A stretch of DNA of 64,000 nt from an uncultured Planctomycetota bacterium (GTDB taxonomy: Bacteria; Planctomycetota; Planctomycetia; Isosphaerales; Isosphaeraceae), in the NCBI GenBank assembly GCA_963823665.1, contig CAWGMQ010000010.1, forward strand, positions 2,144,001 through 2,208,000, in the 5' to 3' direction. The notes below the pieces were generated by a model that was not told the DNA's origin, made no database searches, and worked only from the letters and a program-made list of their open reading frames with translations. The position numbers were made by a program, and so were the translations under genes. Position 1 is the stretch's first letter, and each line of letters starts with the position of its first letter. Of the stretch, positions 57,768 through 64,000 are shown piece after piece.

Positions 57768-60700
57768 CTAGCGCGCGCTCCCGGCAAGGACGCGTGCTGC
57801 TCGCTCAGGATGGCGGCGCCGGAATTCCTGCCAGCGCTCGAGCCACTCGTCGTCGGTCAGGTTCGTGACACCGCCGCCTTCATGAATGCGCTGGCCGGAG
57901 AGCAGCTCGGCGCCAAGACACAGGTCATCGACGTCGAGCTCGTCCTCGTCAGCCGCGTAGAGGTCATCGAGATCCATGATGTCGAGTGCATCGGAGAATC
58001 CTCCGATCACGACTCGCCGGCCGTCTGGGCTGACCGTCACGTTCAAACCCTTGCCGCGCAGCGCGAAGGGCGGAGCCACTGGCGTGCCAGTGCGCCAATC
58101 CCAGACGCGAGCGGTCTTGTCCAGACTGGCGGTCACCATGAATGAGCCGTCGGTCGTGAACGCGGCAGCGTGCACCTCGTCGCTGTGCTCGAACGCCGGG
58201 CTTACCAGCCGGCCCGACTGCCAGTCCCAGACGCGGGCGCGGCCGTCCCGGCAGGCGGTAAGCAGGTGCTGTCCGTCTGGATGGAAGTGCGCGTCGAATA
58301 CCCAATCAGGATGCTGGATCGGCGTGGCACCCGGCTCGCCGGTTGCGTAATCCCAGACGCGTGCTTTCTTGTCGTAGGCTGCGGTGACGACATGCCGCCC
58401 GTCCGGCGAGAAAACCACGCTATGACAGGGCTCTGCGTGCGCGAGCTCATACCGCACCTTCCCTGTCTCGACGTCATATGCAGGCACTTTTTTCGCTAAC
58501 CCCCACACGAACACGGTCCGGCCGTCGGGGCCGAAACGCACGACGCCGTTGCCGTGCGTGTAGGCGCCCGAATCCGAAAGCTGGCGCGCCGTGCGCCACC
58601 GTGCCGCCACCTGGCCGTTGACTGTCTCGATCAGCAAGAGCTCGCCGTCACCACAGATCACGGCCAGGCGCTTCCCATCCGGGCTGTAGTCCAACCAGCG
58701 AGGATCGGAGGGAAGCGACGCGGGGGCGAGCGCCGGCTTTCCCGACCGCCAATCCCAGAAGTGAGCGAGCGGCGGCTGGCCCCGGCGGCCGCTGAGCATG
58801 GCGACGTGGCGACCATCGGGGGCAAAGGCCGCCCCCAGTATCACTCCTCCGGGCTGGAGTCGCGGCCCGGCGGGCTGGCCCGTTCTCAATTCGTAAACCC
58901 GAGTGCTGGCCATGGTGCAGCCACTCTGGTTCATTCCCGCCGGAAGCAGGTGCTTGCCATCGGGGCTGATCTTCCCGAATGAATACTGACCGTCGAGCGC
59001 GAGCCGGTAGCTCGACGGGTTTTGACGAGGCAGCGCCCACACCCGGATCATGCCGCCATCCTGAACCGTCGCGAAGGACCGGCCGTCCGGCGCGAAGCCC
59101 ACATGGTAGATCCCCGCTGGGTGAGTCAGAGGCTGGCCGATGAGCTGGCCGGACCGCACGGAACGGATCTCGGCAGTGCGATCTGTTGAACCGACCAGCA
59201 GCCGCGTGCTGTCGGGGCTGAAGGCGATCGGAGCAACGAGATTGCGGTACTCGAACGTAAAGAGGGCGCGTCCCGCCTCGGCTTCGAAAAGTTGAGCGAT
59301 CCCCAGGCCGGCTCTCCCTTCGCCGACCGCGAGATACTTGCCGCTGGGGCTAAGCGTCATTGCGACTCCCGCGTTATCGAGAAGCGGAACGGACTTGTTG
59401 TGCACCTCGGCATCGTAGGTCCTATCCAGGAGCGACATCCGGTCCATGTATTCGCGCCGAACGGACCGGATCTTCGCCCCGCTCTCGGCGTTCCACCACA
59501 ACAGATCTTTTTCGCTTCGTGTTACCAGGTCCCGACCATCCGCAACGAACAGCGGCGGAGTCGCCTTGGCGCCGGGGACAATGCCCGGTCGCTTGCTCAC
59601 GTGCGAAACCGGGGCAAATAACGGTTCGGCTGAGTCATGCGCAAGGGCGTAGACACGGCATCGACCGTCCCTGCAGGCAGTCGCCAGGCGATCGCCCCGA
59701 GGGTTGAAGATCACCGCGTCCAGTCCGGCGGGATGGCGAAGTTCCTGCGTGGCGAAGGTGCGAGCCTGGCAGTCCCAGACGCGCACCGTCGAGCCGGCGG
59801 CGATGGCCAGAAGTCGCCCGTCGGGGCTGAACGACAGCCACGACACCGGGGAATCAAACAGGAACTGCTCCTCCACATCGCTGCCCGGGAAGCTCGCCAC
59901 GGTGACGCTACCGGAATTGTCGCCGAATGCCAGTTTCCGCCCATCCGGACTCCAGGTCGCGCTACTTGCCGTGGCGGTCGCTTCCGGCAAAGGCAACGGC
60001 TGCTCACGTTCAAGGTCCCAGATACCCAATCCGCTTGGGAGATCGGGCCCCTCCCTCTTGGGCCCGCCCTGCACCAGCAGGTAGCGGCCGCCGGGGTGGA
60101 AAGAGAATTGCTCGAATGCCCCATAGTCGCCCGCGCGGCGGAAGCCGTGCAGCGGAGTGAACGCGCCGCGCGCCCAGGTCCGGGCGCGGATGCGGTTCAA
60201 GCGCTGGCGGCCTGGATCTTCGCTGGCCAACCGCACAGCGTTCGCAAACCAAAGGACGGCCTGGGCTGGATCTCCGCGCTCCCCGGCCACCAGCCCTTGA
60301 GACGTGTGCATGTCAGTCAATGCGAGAGCCAGCTTGCGGCTGGCTGTCTCGACGTGCTCCTTCGCCTGCATGGCCTTGGATCGTTCCACGTCCCGGTCTG
60401 CCGCCAGCAGAGTCTGCACCTGGGCTTGCTGACGAAAACGCTCCAGAGCGATTCCCACACCCGCAAGTCCCAAAAGCACCATCAGCCCGATCACTACCAG
60501 CGAAGTTGCAACCCCTGGATGGCGCCGGGACCACCGGGAGAAGCGTTCGAACGCTGAAATCCGGCGGGCCTTGATCGGCTCGTCGTTCAGGAACCTATGC
60601 AAGTCGGCGGCCAGCTCGGCGGCGGTGGCATAACGGCGTGCTGGATCGCGGTCGATGGCTTTATGGATGATGGTTGCCAGATCACGCGGCACCGCTCGGT

Positions 60701-61976
60701 TCGCCAGGCCAAGCCGGGTGGGCTCTTCCTGGATCACTTGCTTGATCAGCCGGTGCCGCTCGCGCTCGGCAAATGCAGGCCGAAACGCGAGCATTTCATA
60801 GAGCGTGAGTCCCAGGGAATACGTATCGCTGCGAGCATCGGTCTTGCCCTCAAAGGCTTCCGGCGGCATGTAGCGCAGCGTGCCGAGCACATCGCCGGTT
60901 TGAGTCAGGTTCTGCTGGTCGTTCACCTTGGCCAGACCGAAGTCGGTTACCCACACGGTTCCATGAGTGTCGAGCAGCAAGTTTGACGGTTTGATGTCCC
61001 GATGATTGATCCCTTGCTTGTGGGCGTACTCAAGCGCGTCGGCCACCTGTACACCGACGGAGGCCACGCTCTGCCAGTACGTCTGCTTCCGGCTGCTCGA
61101 CTTGCTCCTGTCGCGGCCCATCCCCGCGAACACCAGTGACGACGATGTGATCATGAACGAATCAGACAACACCGGCGTGCGATGGCCGTCCGACCTTTGG
61201 CCTATCGCGCCAAAGACGCCCGGCCGCTCCTCGAGTGGGCCCTCTCCGTGTTGTGCATCCCTGGTCGGCTCGAATTCTCCCACGAAAAGCGAGTGCGCAA
61301 TCTCCGCCGCCGATAGTTCGCCGCGGCGCCGGTTTCCCGGCCCGCCGTTTGATTCTACCGCAGTCTGCGAGACCTGCCCCGCATTCATCACCCCGCCGAG
61401 CTCGCCCTCGGCGCAGCCGCCCCCGTTGGTGTTACCCGGTTGCAGCTTCTTCAACTCTTCGAGCACCTCATCCAACCCCAACCCCTGGATGAATTGCATC
61501 ACGTAGTACGGCATGCCGTCCTGCTCGCCGACGCCGAAGACCGGCACAATATTGGTGTGGTGCAGCTTGGCGGCCGATCTGGCCTCGCGCTCGAACCGGC
61601 TCTGGGCATTCGCGTCGTGCAGCCGGCTCTTGGGCAAAACTTTTAATGCCACGTGCCGGCCGAGCGATACTTGCTCGGCCTCGTAGACGACGCCCATGCC
61701 GCCGCGGCCGATCTCGCGGATGATGCGATAGTCTCCCAGTCGCCCCAGCGGCGGCAACGGGCCGGAAGGCGCCGGCTCGCCGGCGATCTCGCGATCCTCC
61801 TTGACCTGCTCCATCTCAACCATGGCCGGGAAGAATTCCCGGATAAGGTCGGCCAGCTCCGGGTGCCGGTCGATGTACGATTGCAGGGCCGGTCGTTCGC
61901 CCCGCCGGTAGCGCTCCGCAAACTCGTCCGCCAGATCGTTGAGCATAACAAAACGCTCGGAGCTTTCACCGGACAT
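57768..61976 (-). CDS. Ser/Thr protein kinase with a TM segment and many WD40 repeats
   Basis: IGRGGMGVVY, VALKVL, HRDIKPSN, DFGLAK and GTLRYMPPE; TM VATSLVVIGLMVLLGLAGVGIAL; repeated FSPDG units. Confidence 0.95.
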   Translation of the reverse strand: MSGESSERFVMLNDLADEFAERYRRGERPALQSYIDRHPELADLIREFFPAMVEMEQVKEDREIAGEPAPSGPLPPLGRLGDYRIIREIGRGGMGVVYEAEQVSLGRHVALKVLPKSRLHDANAQSRFEREARSAAKLHHTNIVPVFGVGEQDGMPYYVMQFIQGLGLDEVLEELKKLQPGNTNGGGCAEGELGGVMNAGQVSQTAVESNGGPGNRRRGELSAAEIAHSLFVGEFEPTRDAQHGEGPLEERPGVFGAIGQRSDGHRTPVLSDSFMITSSSLVFAGMGRDRSKSSSRKQTYWQSVASVGVQVADALEYAHKQGINHRDIKPSNLLLDTHGTVWVTDFGLAKVNDQQNLTQTGDVLGTLRYMPPEAFEGKTDARSDTYSLGLTLYEMLAFRPAFAERERHRLIKQVIQEEPTRLGLANRAVPRDLATIIHKAIDRDPARRYATAAELAADLHRFLNDEPIKARRISAFERFSRWSRRHPGVATSLVVIGLMVLLGLAGVGIALERFRQQAQVQTLLAADRDVERSKAMQAKEHVETASRKLALALTDMHTSQGLVAGERGDPAQAVLWFANAVRLASEDPGRQRLNRIRARTWARGAFTPLHGFRRAGDYGAFEQFSFHPGGRYLLVQGGPKREGPDLPSGLGIWDLEREQPLPLPEATATASSATWSPDGRKLAFGDNSGSVTVASFPGSDVEEQFLFDSPVSWLSFSPDGRLLAIAAGSTVRVWDCQARTFATQELRHPAGLDAVIFNPRGDRLATACRDGRCRVYALAHDSAEPLFAPVSHVSKRPGIVPGAKATPPLFVADGRDLVTRSEKDLLWWNAESGAKIRSVRREYMDRMSLLDRTYDAEVHNKSVPLLDNAGVAMTLSPSGKYLAVGEGRAGLGIAQLFEAEAGRALFTFEYRNLVAPIAFSPDSTRLLVGSTDRTAEIRSVRSGQLIGQPLTHPAGIYHVGFAPDGRSFATVQDGGMIRVWALPRQNPSSYRLALDGQYSFGKISPDGKHLLPAGMNQSGCTMASTRVYELRTGQPAGPRLQPGGVILGAAFAPDGRHVAMLSGRRGQPPLAHFWDWRSGKPALAPASLPSDPRWLDYSPDGKRLAVICGDGELLLIETVNGQVAARWRTARQLSDSGAYTHGNGVVRFGPDGRTVFVWGLAKKVPAYDVETGKVRYELAHAEPCHSVVFSPDGRHVVTAAYDKKARVWDYATGEPGATPIQHPDWVFDAHFHPDGQHLLTACRDGRARVWDWQSGRLVSPAFEHSDEVHAAAFTTDGSFMVTASLDKTARVWDWRTGTPVAPPFALRGKGLNVTVSPDGRRVVIGGFSDALDIMDLDDLYAADEDELDVDDLCLGAELLSGQRIHEGGGVTNLTDDEWLERWQEFRRRHPERAARVLAGSAR

Positions 61977-61977
61977 G

Positions 61978-62616
61978 TCAGACCCCTTCACTCGCGCCGG
62001 GCAGGGGCGCAAGGAGACGCTTGAGGCGTTCGAGAGCACGGAAGTAACGTTTGGCAGCGGCCGACTCCTCGATGCCCAGGACCCTCGCGGTCTCGGCGGC
62101 AGTCAGCTCCTCGAAGTGGCGCAGCGAGAGGATCTCCCTGTCGATTGGCTCGAGGGCATTGAGCGCATCCTGCAGGCGGAGCGCCCGCTCAGCACGCACC
62201 GCGGCCTGGGTCGGAGAGGTGTGACGGCCCAGCAACTGGGCAGCCAGTGCCGCCGAGCTGGCCGCCGGCAAGGCGCCGTGAAACAGGGAGATCTCCCGGC
62301 CAGCATCGCGCATCTGGGTGCCGAGATGGTGCCGGTGCAGCTTCATCAGCCGCTCGCCGACCACAAGCCGTAACCACAAAAACAAGGGGAGCTTCGGGTC
62401 GCGAAGATACTCGCCCATGCGCTCTGCTACCTCGACATACGCCTCCTGGACCACGTCGGAAGCGTCGAAGCGTGCCTGCAAGCGGGCGTCAAGCCGCATC
62501 TCCACCATGCGCCGCAGACGATCGCGGTACCGGCGCAGGAGGGAGTTCATGGCCTCTCGGTCCCCCACCCGCATACGCCCTATCAGATCCGCTGAGTCGG
62601 CCACATTGTTTTCCAT
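61978..62616 (-). CDS. ECF sigma factor (planctomycete kinase-associated type)
   Basis: DASDVVQE, WLR, TSPTQA, DREILSLRHFEELT and KRYFRALERL. Lies 1 nt upstream of the kinase start. Confidence 0.93.
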   Translation of the reverse strand: MENNVADSADLIGRMRVGDREAMNSLLRRYRDRLRRMVEMRLDARLQARFDASDVVQEAYVEVAERMGEYLRDPKLPLFLWLRLVVGERLMKLHRHHLGTQMRDAGREISLFHGALPAASSAALAAQLLGRHTSPTQAAVRAERALRLQDALNALEPIDREILSLRHFEELTAAETARVLGIEESAAAKRYFRALERLKRLLAPLPGASEGV

Positions 62617-62852
62617 CAGTGCCCCTATACGATATTACCTCCGCAGCCCGACGCGTTCTGGACAGGCGAGCCGCGTTTTTTTTAATCCGCGATCGTCTCT
62701 GAGTCCCGTTTCCCTCGATCTTGCTTCTGACTGTCACGCCATCGTCCTCGAGCCTGGCGCGAAATGTCGCGGGCAAGGCCGCGGAAATCGCGCGGAGACG
62801 GATCGTCGCCTTCCTCCAAGAGGCCCGAGCCTGGCGCGAGAATCACGCGCGT

Positions 62853-64000
62853 CTATCGTGATCGATCGCACGATCGCCGCCAGAGCGATTCATAGGCGGT
62901 TTCCAGATTCTGCGTGAACGACCGGCCGTCGCACAGTCGCGAGCCTCGCATTTGCTCGCCGAGGCCCGCGCAACTGTGCGAGCCCGGCCCGGTCTGAAAC
63001 CAGCCTGGACGCAGCCTCGATGTATTGCTCGGGCGACCCGGCGATCATTTCCTCAAGACGCATCATCGCCAGCACGCTTGCCGTCATTCGCGACGAGCGG
63101 CGCAGGCCCGCGAGGGTCACGACCGGCACACCCATCCAGAGCGATTCACATGCCGTCGTGTGGCCGCACCACGGGAAGACGTCAAGCATGACGTCGATCG
63201 ACGCGAAGATGGCCCGGTGTTCCTCGGGCCTCCAGTCGTGCCGGATCTCGACACGTCCGGCGCCAACTCCGCGAGCCTCGAAGTACGCGAGAATCTCGTC
63301 CCGCCTGCACCCGCGCAAGCTGTCGCGGAAGAGCAGCAGGCGCGCACCAGGAATGGCCCGCAAGAGCGCCGCCCAGAGATCGAGAACGCCGGGGTTCAGT
63401 TTCGGCAGCTTGTGCAGCGATCCAAACGTGGGGGCATTGTCGCGCAGCATCGGCAGCGGCGCGACCTCGGGCGCGTCAGATGGAGGGGCATAGCAGTAGG
63501 AACCGCCAGGGAGCCGCAAAGGCTCCTCGGTGGCTTGAGCCGGCCCGCCCGGCGGATCCATCGTCGCGTCGGTCAACATCGCGTCGAAGGTCTCGAGCCC
63601 CGTCGTGCTTGGGTAACCGAGGTAGGTAACCTGCACCGGAATGGGCTTGCGAGCGAAGATCCGCAGCCGGTTGTGAGCCGTGTGACCCGCCAGATCAACC
63701 AGGATGTCGATCCGATCGTGCCGGATCAGCTCCTCCACTCGATCGTCGGAGAGGTGCCGGATCTCGCGCCATTCATGCGACAGCGAGCGCAGTCGGGCGG
63801 TCACGGCGTCCGGCGACTCCAACATCGGCATAACAGATCGGCAGAACCCGGCGGTGGTCGTGGTTTGCAAGGATCGGCTCGAAAAAGAACGCCACGGCGT
63901 GCTTGCGGAGATCGGGTGAAACATACCCGACGCGAAGCGGCCGGCCCCCTGACCGGTCGTGGCTTTCGTGCGACCGGGCGATCGCGCCGGCCGCGAGCGC
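62853..64000 (-). CDS. SPINDLY-type O-GlcNAc transferase (GT41) catalytic part; starts beyond the window edge, frameshifted
   Basis: IDILVDLAGHT, PVQVTYLGYPSTTGL, FGSLHKLPKLN, LDVFPWCGHTTACESLWMGVPVVTL. The tail FTQNLETAY is in a shifted frame ending at 62853. Confidence 0.9.

Noticed and set aside
62617..62700. Autoregulatory ECF promoter (TGTCCA...CGTAT on the minus strand)
   Set aside because: The spacing is too long for a standard ECF promoter and cannot be supported from one instance.

Overview
GC-rich bacterial DNA from a planctomycete, most likely Isosphaeraceae (Singulisphaera/Aquisphaera-like). This rests on the DUF1501 / DUF1549-DUF1553 / PPC / cytochrome-c-WD40 operon, an ECF sigma plus Ser/Thr kinase-WD40 pair, an LExRxLL-type giant exoprotein and planctomycete-type palindromic repeats. 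At least 12 otherwise intact genes carry apparent small indels, probably long-read or assembly errors rather than pseudogenes. In order: (1) ~1.7 kb of non-coding, repeat-bearing DNA; (2) a class-III aminotransferase and an unannotated HPPD/HglS-like (VOC) putative dioxygenase; (3) a three-gene hypothetical cassette; (4) an atu/liu-like acyl-CoA cluster; (5) FkbM and AhpD-like genes; (6) the DUF1501 four-gene module; (7) an M1 aminopeptidase; (8) two orphan genes with DNA-level repeats; (9) a candidate defence pair, a stand-alone SIR2 followed by an nSTAND1 NTPase with a C-terminal SIR2 lacking the conserved His; (10) SDR, Uma2 and DUF4166 genes; (11) a ~7.7 kb transglutaminase-like/Ig-repeat exoprotein bracketed by a perfect 31-bp direct repeat and a Uma2 remnant; (12) PspC, SMI1/KNR4-fragment and CxxCH genes; (13) an FHA-GAF-PP2C phosphatase and a GT39-like transferase; (14) rsmH coupled to a bitopic double-LysM gene; (15) an enolase-superfamily enzyme and a FAH hydratase; (16) the kinase, the ECF sigma and a partial SPINDLY-type O-GlcNAc transferase. 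No rRNA, tRNA, CRISPR array or intact transposase/integrase was recognised. The strongest novelty candidate is the SIR2 + STAND-pseudoSIR2 pair. All family calls come from motif reading; no searches were run.
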